64,000 nucleotides of DNA, taken from Bugula neritina. Taxonomy: Eukaryota; Animalia; Bryozoa. A program made the position numbers and the translations under genes. Numbering within the stretch: the stretch's first letter is position 1; each line of letters opens with the position of its first letter. The stretch is taken from positions 11,708,722-11,772,721 of the forward strand of contig OZ037766.1 in the NCBI GenBank assembly GCA_964035545.1, written 5' to 3'. The notes beneath the pieces were generated by a model that had not been told where the DNA came from, searched no databases, and was given only the letters and a program-made list of their open reading frames with translations. Shown here piece by piece: positions 22,263-35,129 of the stretch.

Positions 22263-22974
22263 TTCCTCTCTGTAATGAAAAAGCATATCACATCTAATAA
22301 CATGCGCATTGATAATATCACTGCAAAACATTTCCCATTTACTATAATTAAACTAGTTACATACCAAGACTACATTCAATTGTAGAAAAATGATTGATTG
22401 TTCTTAAAAAATTGAAATAATTGGAAATTTTGACTGCCTGGCTAGTATCCTTATGCGTCACCTTTTAGCGCCAGGTTACTGTTTTTTAAATTTAAAAAAA
22501 TACTTTATTGCCTTTTTTTATATAACAATAATAGATCTGTTTTAAAATAGTTGATTGTATGTGTACGCTTATACTGAATAGAGTCAGGTATGTGCATTAC
22601 ACACTTAGGTATTGGTATAACATATAGCATTACTAATACTAATAGTATAAGTATTAGTTTTATTTATGCCTATAGTTATACTTATACTAATACTTATAGT
22701 TATAGCAAATCCTAAATCAGTACTAATAGTTATACTCATAGACCATAGTGATGGTGATTACTTGACTGAAGTTTAAGACAATAATTTTTTTGTAATTGCA
22801 CAGCTGATGCTCATGGTGTTGGTGATACATCAACATAAATCATGATACATATAATAATATTAATTTATATTATAATTATCATTATGATCAATTATTTATA
22901 TAATATTATTATTAATATTATAACATAATCATAATGATAATGAATATCAATATGATAAATCCTATAATGATAAT

Positions 22975-23240
22975 GATAGTAAATTGTGAATTAGATTTAG
23001 AATTAGAACCAGAATGTGAATATCAATTTTAAATAGAATAACTTGAACATTAACCTATTTATTTTAACTTAAAGAATAACTATAACTATAAGATTAACTT
23101 TAAGTTCAAGTTAACCTTACAGTTATAGTTATTCTTAAACTTAAAGTTGAATTAAATAAATTAATGTTCAAGTTTATTCTATTTAAAAATGATATTCACA
23201 TTCTGATTCTAATGTTAAATCTAATTCACAATGATTATCA
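22975..23240. repeat. Long imperfect inverted repeat (foldback), centre near 23103
   Basis: Left arm attgtgaattagatttagaattagaaccagaatgtgaatatc...cttgaacattaa matches the reverse complement of the right arm ttaatgttcaag...gatattcacattctgattctaatgttaaatctaattcacaat. Confidence 0.9.
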
Positions 23241-25763
23241 CTATGATAATGATTATCATTAATGATTATGTCTTATGATAACCATAATTATAATGATAAT
23301 TATTATTATAATAATATAATCATAATGATTATGATTATTATAATTATTATCAGCATCATACATCATTATACTTATAATGAAAATATTAACAACTTTAAGT
23401 TCAACGTGAACAATCACCACAATGAACAATCACAATGAACATAGTCAATGTCATACATTTCGGTTTCCAGTTAGTGTTACTCTCAGTCTCACTCTCAGTC
23501 TCTGACTTTTCACTTTTGAGATCAAAAGTTCAAAAACATTTGTGGCTAGTCCTACTCTCAAAGTTACTCTTTAGTCTTTTAGTTCTGCTGAAATCACAAG
23601 GCCAAACATCCAAAAGCTGTGAGTGTGAGTGTGAACGCCAGTCTTGTGACCATAATGATAATTATTTTTAGAGTTAGTGTTATCGGTTATCTAATCATCC
23701 TTTATCTGCACGAATAGAAAATGGCTTCACTGTGATGAAATGGTGAATATATCACGCTGGCTGTGAGAAACATACAAACAGTTTTTACGAACTAGTGCTA
23801 GGCCCACTGAAATGTTATATTAGTATTACTGGAAAATAGTTCTAGTTCAGTGATTATAACATTTCTGTGCCTTAGGCGACATCGAAAAAAAAAATTAGAC
23901 GTCGACTGAACTGTTTTATCTACCATACGCCATCAGCTTGAAGAACTGAGGCCAACAAATTTCGTTCGTAAACTTCAACAGCGCGAGTACAACTCTCGAT
24001 CTTTGTTGCTGTTTCAAGGCATTTTCATTTTGACCTTGTGGCTGATGGTAGTTAAAAGCCTTATAAGGACAGTGGCTTTACCTGAGGCTGAATACTTTAC
24101 TATTAGAATATCCATAATCATTATAGTTCATCTACCTCTTTGCCCTTAGCTAATCCTAGTCCTAGTATCATTAATTAACATAATACTAATGTCTAATCAG
24201 TCATTCAGTGGTAGTGAAGTGAGTGATAGTGATACTCGTACTCATAGTCATAGTCATAGTCATACTGATACTCATAGTGATACTGATAGAGTTAGACCAT
24301 AGTTATAGTATAATTGCATAGTCATACTTATACTAATAGTAATAGTCATACTATTACTCATAGTGATAGCTGAGTCATATTCATGCTGATGGTGCTACTC
24401 ATATTCATATTGATAGACGATACTCATACTGCTACTCATACTCATAGTAATACTAATAGCTAATACTAATACTAATAGTCATACTATAACTATGAGTATC
24501 AGTATGACTATAGTGATGGTCAAACTGAAACTCAGTGTCATATTAAGTCTAGTCGTGTGAACTATGATATTGATACTCATACTGATACTCATAGTCATAG
24601 TTAATGTTATAGTATGAGTATCAGTCATAGCCATAGTGATAGTGATACTCATACTTATAGTTATACTAATAGTGATACTCAGTCTCATACTGATAGTGAT
24701 AGTCAAACTCAATGTCAATAGCTATAAGTCATGCTCACAACTATAATGATAATGATACTGATACTGATACTCAATCTCATACTGATACTGATTAATATAA
24801 ATATGCTGTTGCTACTGCTACACTTTCTCTTCAAGTCTAATTTCGGCATAAACTCAAAGTAACTCACCCTGTTACTTTACATTAACTTTTTAGTTTTTTT
24901 TCAGCGGCTGTGGTATATCATTCCAAGATGTAAAAAGACACAAAAAACTAAATTAATTTTCTTCAGTACTGTAATAAATATTTAATCAATTATTCATTTC
25001 TAATCAAAATTTACTTAGTCTAATTACGCCAGTTGTAACTATTAGCTATAGTTTTCAATATATTTTATGGCATATAATTGTCATTGATAAATATTATTTT
25101 TTATAGCAATGTAAACTGTAAAGTCTAGGATATATTACCACAATTTGCCTAACAATAGACAATAATCACTCTATGCAATTCAAAAGCATCTGGACTCTTG
25201 AGTAATATAAATTACACCTTTTGTTATATATAAAATGTAAGCTGCTCTTACTGCATCCAACACACCTACACATCCTCCCCCAATGAGCGCATTCTCTGAA
25301 TAAAACTCTATTTTTACCTCAGCTCAATTTATAGAATATGATAGCAACACTTCTAAAAAAGTTTTCAAGTAGAATAAAATAAATCTCAAATCAGTAAGTA
25401 TTCAAACTAATGTGACTTGTACTCAGCTGTAATAGTTGATTATGCATTTTGTTCATAAAGCATCAGTGAATTTATAATAAACGCAGTCAATATAATGTAG
25501 GAATGTAGTAAAATATAGTGTAATATACTACTATTTATTTGCATAATTGAACAAGTTATTATAGTAGCACAGCAGTGCATTTGATTTCATTTGGTAGTTT
25601 TCAATAACCCATTTAAATACTTGTAGCAATCTTGTAATTTTTCGTAAATCAGTAACACCCTGGGGAGCTGCTACACACAAAGCCTTGTCACGGTTTTGTC
25701 TAGTAATGATATTAAATAAACTACGGCTACTACATTATATTTTTCAGGTTGAACTTTCTTTGA

Positions 25764-26120
25764 ATGATGTCTGATGATATTCAAGTTATTGATTATAGTA
25801 GCTCCCCAGCTGGTAGTCGCTCATCGCCTGCTTTGGGGAGGATGACAAATAAGTCTCCTGCTACCCATAGCAAGCCATCAACACCTTCACCAGCAGTAAT
25901 ACAGCAACTGCCTCAACAGGTTGACCCAATGCTTACTCATGCACAGTCCAAATACGCAGCATTACTTGCTATTATTGAAGAACTTGGTAAGGACATTAGA
26001 CCTACCTATGCTGGCAATAAGCTGGCTGCTGAGAGACTCAAACGAGGGATTGTACATGCAAGGGTACTGACCAGAGACTGCATGCAAGAAGCTGATCGAA
26101 ACATTCGAGGAAGTCATTAA
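25764..26120 (+). CDS. CDK2AP1: CDK2-associated protein 1/2 (DOC-1) homolog, single coding exon
   Basis: [46 protein letters not shown] matches the CDK2AP domain. Acceptor ttttcag at ~25747, AATAAA at ~26431. Confidence 0.93.
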   Translation: MMSDDIQVIDYSSSPAGSRSSPALGRMTNKSPATHSKPSTPSPAVIQQLPQQVDPMLTHAQSKYAALLAIIEELGKDIRPTYAGNKLAAERLKRGIVHARVLTRDCMQEADRNIRGSH

Positions 26121-26612
26121 TTCGGGACTCTATATTTAATGTAGGAATCACCTTTTTCGTGGAACTTTACCATCACTGCTGGGGGCCAAGTAATACGCTA
26201 GATCTGACATTGCAATATCTTATTATTGCTACTTCATAAGGGATGTTTCTGTGGGCTCTCTTTTCATCTTGCTTGTACTTTTCATTTTCAGCTACTTTTC
26301 TGTATATATTGATATGAATGTTTACTCAGTAATTATCGTTTTTTATTTATAAGACTATATCTCTTAAGGGTTTGTACCACATTTAATCATAGTAATTAAT
26401 TACATTTTATTATGGAATTTGTATATGAACAATAAAGCAGTTTTCAAAGTGTCAAGTTTTTGCAGTGAAAATTGTTCTAGTTGCTAATGCTCTCCGCAAT
26501 CACTACTATTTAGGATTTTCATTCTATTCAAGCTCAACCATATACAGCCAGCACTGAAAAAATAGTAAGCAAAATGTTATCATTTCACCTATATGCAGGT
26601 TAAGACATTAAT

Positions 26613-29600
26613 ATGGACACGCATATCACCACATTGGATCAATTTGATACTGAATATACTGCTGACTCTGTTGAGTGGTGCCCTAATCTTGGCTACACGA
26701 GTCTGTTGGTTTGTGGGACGTACCAATTAAATTCACATACACCTGACAGTTCTGGGGTAAGTGATCTACACTTAATTAAATCAAATGTAGAATCTTCTCT
26801 AATAATATTTTGATTGTGCAGGGAAATACTTTAAATTTGCAAAGTTTGTATAAACTTTTCTAATATATACTTGAAACATTACAGCCCCAGAAAAAAGGTA
26901 GAGTCTACCTGTTTCAAGTCTCGGAGAAAAAGCTCCATCTGCTACAGACCATTGAATGTGCTGCAGTGCTAGATCAGAAGTGGAATGAAAAATCTGATAT
27001 CCCAACATTAACAGTGGCACTTGAGTCTGGTGGGTGATCATTTCATTAGCATTAAACGAGTGCTTGTTAGAACCTGTCTTTAGCATTACTTAACGAAACA
27101 GCAGCTCAAGGCTACAGCAGAACATACTAATGTAGAAGGACCTGTTTGAAAATTTCAATCTATTCTCAACTTTGCATGGGGACCAAATTGCAGCCAACTT
27201 GGTTTTAGCTTTTTCAAACACTTATGTGTACATTTTATGTACTGGAAGACTGTTGAATAGATAGGTTTGTGTTTTGTTTAGGTTTCATATCTATTTATAC
27301 CATTGACAATGATAAGGAGCCACTTCTTGTTTGGAAGGAAGATGTTCAGATAGCAACAAATGGATTAGCACTTTCTATAGACTTGTGAGTATAGACAGTA
27401 TGTAAACCAAGTCAATAAGAAAGTTTTTTCTATTTTAAATACTAATCTAAGTTGCATGTAAAATTTTATTTTTTTCAGTTGTAATTTTTCTAAAACCATT
27501 ACCATTTAATAATTTTTTATCAGAGCAAACTCAAGTACTCTGCTAAAATAATCTTATATTTTTTAAATAGAATTTAAGCTATGCTTGTAGAGCTATAAAA
27601 ATAACAGTCTAACTTTTAAATTTGGTGCCATGATTCACAGTTTCATCAGCTATTGTAGCCGAAATTTTTTTGAAAATCCTCAGTTTGCTACAGATACTAG
27701 TGAGTGGCAAATAAAAAACTGATTGCCATCATGTGACAGCATTCAATATTTGACTGAGATTCTTTAGTTGTGAATGTAATTTTAATGTAGATTGGCATCG
27801 CGAACATTGGTAAGCGATTCACTTGGGAAAATATCCCTCCTTGACAATGGTACCGTTACTGAGAATTGGAAAGCACATGACTTTGAAGCTTGGATTACAG
27901 CATTTGATAAGTGGGACGAAACAAGGATTTGGAGTGGTTAGTTAGCACCTAGTATTTCATACTTATTGACTATTGTAGTTGGTTTTCAACTGTAGGACAG
28001 AATTTAGTGTGAAGGGTCTTCTTAGCATTTATGTATCATTCAAAATCTTGCAGTTTACTGAATTTAATTACAATGACAACATGGGCGCCAGAAAGGTTCC
28101 ATACATGAGGATGGGAATGTCATGAATTATTCACTTTGAATTAAATAAGGCATGTGCAGTAATGGCCCATTTTCATCACTCAGTAGCAGCAGTAACAGCT
28201 CACTTTTAGCTGTAGTGTGAATGAAGCATAATGATGAAATCTAAAATAGCCTGTGTTATGAATATCAAAATTTCAAAATAAATAGTATCATTTGAAGATT
28301 TTAACTTGCACCCCAAACTAAAATTTATAATAACAAAAGAACCCTAGCTATTAATTTTTTTCTGTTACTCTACCTAAATGGTTTAATAATTCCTTTGGAC
28401 CTTCTAGTTTTGTTTCGTTGAGAAATATACACTATGCTGGTTACAACTTTGGTAAACATCAAGCCTCCTAGTAACACAACTTATCCTAGATGACAGAAAA
28501 CCTTAATTGCTAAGAATAAGTTCAGAATGACAGTATCTGAACATATCCTGAACTGCACTTGATTTTTGAAAAGTTGAGTAACGACTAGTTGCTGTACAAT
28601 GTTTGTCATTTTAGGAGGTGATGACACCAAACTAAAAGTGTGGGACTTAAGGTGTTTACCGTCGGCAGCGTTGACTAGTAGAAAGCATAGCATGGGTGTG
28701 TGCAGCTTTCATAGCAATCCTTACAAGGAACATGTTATGGCCAGTGGCAGGTTGGATTTAGTATATTATGTACTCTATCTGTTGTATGTAAACTTATATT
28801 AGCCCAAGTGTCTTTTTAAAACTTAAATGAACTATCTATATATAGTTCTTCACTTTTACATTCATTAAAGTTATATGTAACCCCAGGTTATGATGTGGCA
28901 GGGTCTTTAGACTGCTCTTCAGTTATACCAGTCAATATATTAAAACATATTCCATGAAACTTTTCTTACAATCGCTGCTGCATTCACTGTTATGGTTGAG
29001 TAGATCACTGAACTGAAACTATAATTATAGTTCAATGGAGTGGATATCATGTATGTTGTTAGGAATTATGCTCTCAGTAAATTTGGGTACATCTTTATTA
29101 GGCATACTTCCCGGGACCTCATAATCTACCATTACTCATATTATAAACAGTTTATTCAGTTATCGTGTAACCAGCTTCTTCTCTCTATATTGTCAGTGCA
29201 CTTGGAATTCCAATTTTATGCCTATTCTTCTTTGTCTACATGGCCTGTTAAAATAGAGTGAATTCTGTGCCCTACCAGCCATTTTGATTAAAGCCTGTGG
29301 TTAAGTTTTGTTAATCAATTTCTATATACCAAAGGCTAAGTTCTGAGTAACATAGTTTTAAATGTTAGAACATATGTGCCCCTAAGATCTCTTTGTGTTG
29401 TTATGGATTATTGAGACAAAGTGATAGAAAGCTTTAATTGGTTTCTATGAATAAAAATTAAAGAGGGAAAGTTAACTCTGCATATGCACAGCTGAAATTC
29501 TTTCAATAAAAATATGATATGTTTACCAAACTAATAAGTATAAAACAAACATTATGTAATGGTACTTTTTGTCAATAGCCTTTTGCTTGCCTTTAAACTT

Positions 29601-32600
29601 GAATTTTATCAAGCTTAGGCAGGAACCAGTTATGAGTTTACATGTACTTGAAGTTATTCCCCCTATGACCTAAAAACTTTAGTTTTATGACATCAACTTG
29701 ATGTCAGTATAGCCATCTTCAATTTGAGGTGTAAACATAAACTTAACTTTTTAGAGATTAATTGATGATTGGTAAACAGAGAGGTTATTATTGGTTCAAT
29801 TGAAGAGCTACTATGTAATATTTATAATATTATGCATGCATTTGTTAATTTGCAAACCTTCCATTTTTGGACAAGATATTATTGCCATAATATTCAGGAT
29901 GTTTATATATTCAAGATTGTTAATAAAAAAAAGTAGCATAACGCATGGTTTTTTCATGGAAGGGGAAATTGCCCAGGCAAACAAAAGTCAAATGCTCAAT
30001 AACAGCAAAATTATTTTTGTCATGCTTCCTCTTAATAATTTATTGATTTTAATACGGCTTTTGTCACTAAAAACATGGTTACATAATTATCAAGAATGAG
30101 ATATATGGACAATTTTTTTACTAGCTCCACTCTGCACACTATCAAATCTACAATGTAGTTGAACAAAGACAGGCTCACCATAATAACCTGTTTGGATTTT
30201 TGCAGAGCAATTCAACAATTTGTTTCGCTCCTTCACCAAAATATATCAATATTAAATTGCCAATTTTTAAAAAAACTTGAAGTTATATTTACTTGTTATT
30301 TGTTTTAGACTAGTAAGCATTATAATATTTCATGGGTGAGTTACCTAATATAGGAAGTTGTTCTACCTTGTATGATATACACGTTATGTAACTGTAACCT
30401 ATAGCTGTCTGAACTAGTACCAGATTTGCTGGTGGTCCTGCTAATAAACAAACTTGTTGTAAAATGTCCAGCAAAGCCTCTTTGTTGTGGCTGTTGGTTA
30501 TTTTCAGCCTGCAAGGACAGACTTTTATTGCATAATATATGCATGTTTGTGTATCTTAAATTAGATCAGCATGGTCACCATACTTTTAATTAGAATATAA
30601 GTTAAAACATAACAGTTTATGCCAGAAAGAAAATAATTAATTTTATTTTGCATATCCGCCTAATTAGTGTCATCTAACTGATGCTTTAACGGTATTGTTT
30701 ACTAGAACTAGGCAGTAAATTAAGAAACTAAATATAATTAATACATCACACTTTATTGGAATGTAGGTGTTGATCACAACTAAATGCAGTTCTTTGCAAC
30801 TTCTTCTTTGCTAGAATATTACCAACTATTTAAAATCTAACTTCTGGTTAGACCATTGACACATGAAGTGAGTTTTACTGAAAATAGTGCAATCTGTTTT
30901 TAAAAAATATTTTATGATTTTAGATTTCTCGAATAATTAAGGTGCAAAGGTTTTGTTCAACTAACAAGTAATTCTAAATATAAACTATAAAGAAAGTCCA
31001 AAAAGCAGTAGTCGGTCAAAGTGAAGGTCAATATATGTTTATATGTTTATTTACAACTCATAAGATATACATAAAATTCAAGCATTTTAAAGGAGATACC
31101 AGACTGTATTATATATATGCCATATAGTAACAATTGCTGAATATTCAAGAATGAAATTGCGTCTTATACTCGTAGCTATATTAAAATTATATTGGTATAA
31201 TTCACCATGCTGTTCTCAAAACATAATATAGTGTACAAAGCATTCTCAATGTTCTATACACAACGGTTAGTTGCAAGGCTCAGTCATTTTCAATTGTGAA
31301 ATCAAATAACAATATGTCAAGCTGGCAAATATTTATAATGTATGCATATAAAAGCTATGCAAAACTTTGATGACTGTAAAAGGCCTTGATTCTTATCATA
31401 ATTACAATGTTTCATTTTAGTTAGGTCAACTGCACTCCAAACCAAGTATAAAACTTAAGCAAAGTCAAAGTTGCCTATTATATGGAGATCGTGATTATCC
31501 CAGATATGCACTAACTTTTTCTATGACTATGGCACAAACAAAAATATTCACCTTCAAGTAGAAGGAGATACAGCATTCAAAACCTCTCTTAAATGAGTTA
31601 GTCAACTCAAGTTACTGTTTCCTGCCACACTGATACTGGTCCTGTATAAATTTAAAATACACTTCAAGTACAGCTCTTGTCTTCATAAAGGAACACAATG
31701 ATAACTTGACAATGTAAAGCAGGTTCAATTTTACTAAAGAAATCACTTTATTGACTTTCTAAAAACATGTTTTGTTATTTCCGAGAACTTTAATGCGTGT
31801 GAATACAGAATGCAAATTTAGCCGTCCCAATTTTTGGTATAAGTTATATACTCACTTATGTAATATAGGGGAAGAATAGCCAACTTAATACATTATATAC
31901 ATTTATGAGGCATTTACCAACAATGTAGTTGTGCGGTTATGTGGCCCTCTACATCATTCTGAGCCAATAAAGAAAGGCCTAATGTTTTCAGTTGGGTAAA
32001 GTTATAGACTATAGAGTATGAGCTCAACTATAATTTGAAATTCACAAAAATGGGAGGTGAGATCTAAATAATGAGCGAATTTTCTGCCATTTCAATATTC
32101 CAAGCATGTTCAAGTAATTGTGACAAGTTGAATTGTTTTATCTTTTAGTTATGATGAACATGTGTTTATCTGGGACACACGGCAAATGAAATCTCCCGTG
32201 ACAGACACACATATAGGAGGCGGGGTGTGGAGGTTGAAGTGGTCTCCACACAATGGAGATTTCCTATTGGCTGCTGGCATGCATAATGGATTTTCTGTAC
32301 TAGATTGTAAAGTTTCTTCACAAAGTTAGTATGTCAGAGTGTAGTAATTTTCCACTGTAAAATCAAGTATAGTTTTATGAACTTCAGTTGCTAGTAGCCA
32401 TACCCATTTAAGTTGCCTATTGATCTGTCAGCCTTTCAGAATAGATTTGAATTAGCTGGTAGGTGCTTCTACACTTGCTTCAATATTTAATCTTTAGAAT
32501 ACCATTTTATTTCAATTAATTAATATTTTTCATATTTGTATGAAAACTTTTAAGATCTGGGGGCTTTTCCATACCATTTGTAGGTCTAAAGGTTTTAGTT

Positions 32601-33541
32601 AGCCTGGAGTTCTCTAAATCTAAAATATAACTGGGTTCACTGCATACTTCCAAGTGTTACAAGTTATACATCTTTTAAGTCTAATGAAGTTTTGCCGCAC
32701 AGTGGTCCAACATGTTTTGAAATTTCAATTTTAAAGTGTGTAAGTGATAAGCCAAATTTTGTAATATTTTGCATTGAAGCAATAATTTAGTGAGTAGCAA
32801 ATTCTTTTACATTTGATCAATTTTTCTACAGAATTTTCTATTTTAATTTAAGAATATTTTACTGTATCCCCTTTAAACAATAGTCCATGGCAACCTATAC
32901 AATTTTAATAGCTTTTAAGATTATTTTAAGTTATGTACAATATAGTGTAATTTAAAGCTCCTACAACCATAGTAACACTTAGTGAATCTTATTTCTATTA
33001 GCTAACAGTTGGTGTAATAATTTGTTCTTTGCTTGATTTATTATGTATAGTGGAGCATTTTTGCTTGCATATAGTTACAAAAAGTAATGTAAATATTATG
33101 TCTTCGAATTTAAAAATTGTCATTCACTAGGATTTGTTAAAAAAGATGTTTTTTCCTAGAAACAAAAGCATAATACTAGATATAAATTTGGGAGTTAATT
33201 ATCTGTTTCAAACTGTTAAAAGTATAGTGAAATTTAGATTTATACAACAGAAGTTATTAGCGTTGACTATATTTTGAAGTTTGCTCTATTTTTGATAAAT
33301 GTGAGCGTACATATATAGAATTAATGATGACTTTGTTGATGGATATTACTGGTTGAATTATTAAATGAAGCATCTAAGTTGGGGAACCTTTCTTTTAGAT
33401 GATCAGCCAATCATAGCAAAGTACACAGAGCACAAGTCATTAGCTTATGGATCTGACTGGTCACATGGTGAAGAGTTGGGTTTGATTGCATCCTGCTCCT
33501 TTTATGACCACTTGTTACATTTATGGAAACTTAGTATATGA
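26613..33541 (+). CDS. DPH7: Diphthine methyltransferase/methylesterase (WDR85). Approx. exons 26613-26756, 26885-27030, 27282-27384, 27791-27937, 28615-28750, 32149-32326, 33399-33541
   Basis: [100 protein letters not shown]. Confidence 0.93.
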
Positions 33542-35129
33542 ATCAACTGCTCTATTCAGCAAGAGCGACATTCAATAAATGCCCTGCACCACAGAACTAG
33601 TATTCTTGGAAGTTGAAATCAAGTAGTCACTGAATCTTTAATCTACATTAAAGTTTGCAGGAGTATTTTTCTATATATAATTCTGAGTTGATGAGTTTTC
33701 AAATGTATTATGATATTTATACAGTACGCTCCATTTATGCACAACAAGTCCACAAATGATGCAGAACCTCTCAAGCTGTTCGGTATGTGAGAGTTATCAC
33801 AAGTCAGTGGGCTAACTTTAGTTCTTGGAACATGCATTGCCTACCTTAAAACTGTTCTTCATCACAATTTTTTAAAATTTTGAAAAAAGAGTTCAAGACT
33901 CATAAATAATGATGTAAATGAAATAATGCTCATAAAAGTTGCACAGCTTCTTTTTCAGAAGCATGCATTTTGCAGTTAAACTTGCAAGATTTGGTACACA
34001 CCTAGGACTGGCTAAGTTTTACATAGGTTTACAGGGCACCCTTCAAAGGTCTTCAGAAGAAAGAAAAAAGATTCCAGCATTGCTTTTTTGTTATAACTTA
34101 ACTTTATTTGACAGGAAAATTGCAATTCTTGCCTCAGTGCTTTTCTTTCAGATAATGGTTGGTTTAGAGTCACAAGTTTTCAATAATCCCCAACAGTTAT
34201 TACATATTAATGTATCGATTTATAAATGCTTGTCCACATTCAGATTTTTTTCCAAAATCTCAGTCATTTTACGTAGCCACTATTTTCAGAAAGCTGATGT
34301 TGCTTAAAGCATGGCCAGCTTTATATGTTCAAAAATGTCTGAATAATGCAACATATTTAAAACCAGAATATTCCCATCTGTTGAGCGAGTTAAAAATTAT
34401 TTACGCACAGTAAGAAGCATTTTGTGACCAGGTTGGCTGCAAGCATAAGAGAAAAAACTACTCTTATTGAGATCTCAAGCTTTTGTCAGCAATTAACAGT
34501 ACCTGTATTATAAAAGTCTATGCCTCAATGTCTTTTTATATCATAATCCAGTTTTGGTGATGGCCAGTTTTAGCAGCTGTTTTTAATGCAAGTGTCCTAA
34601 TGTGGACAGGCTTTAACAGAGTTTGATTATTATGTTCTACTGCCTTATAAAATGTATTCGGGTTTTGGTGCAAATCTAGATTTAATTTGATATACTTAAG
34701 AGTGACTGTTCCCATTAAATGCATGCCAGCATGCTAGTGGGAGGCTGCCACTTTTCTTAATTATTTATATGCATGGTGACTTTTTTTAAATATTGTATTG
34801 TAAATTTGTGCATTTCTGTATGGTGGGTGCAAGTAGATACAATAGATTTTATTTGCTAATTCAATGTTTACACAGCTTCGAGTTAATCACAGTAGCTAAT
34901 TATAGATAACAAGTCCATTAATAGGTAATGGTACAATAACAGTGTATCAAAATAGAATGTCACAATCACAGCTCAGAGTTGAATAAGCTAAATACACAAA
35001 TTGTAATTTTAGAAAAACACGAACATTTCTAGTTGACTTGTTTGAATGTTTCAAATAACTGGGTTACTTGTGAACTGCAAGTCTATGCAAGCTGCACACA
35101 ATGTAGAGTGATGCTAAAAGCTGTCCAAA

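Noticed and set aside
24479-24718. ORF rich in Thr/Ile/Ser/Met
   Set aside because: Translation artefact of hexamer-periodic low-complexity DNA.
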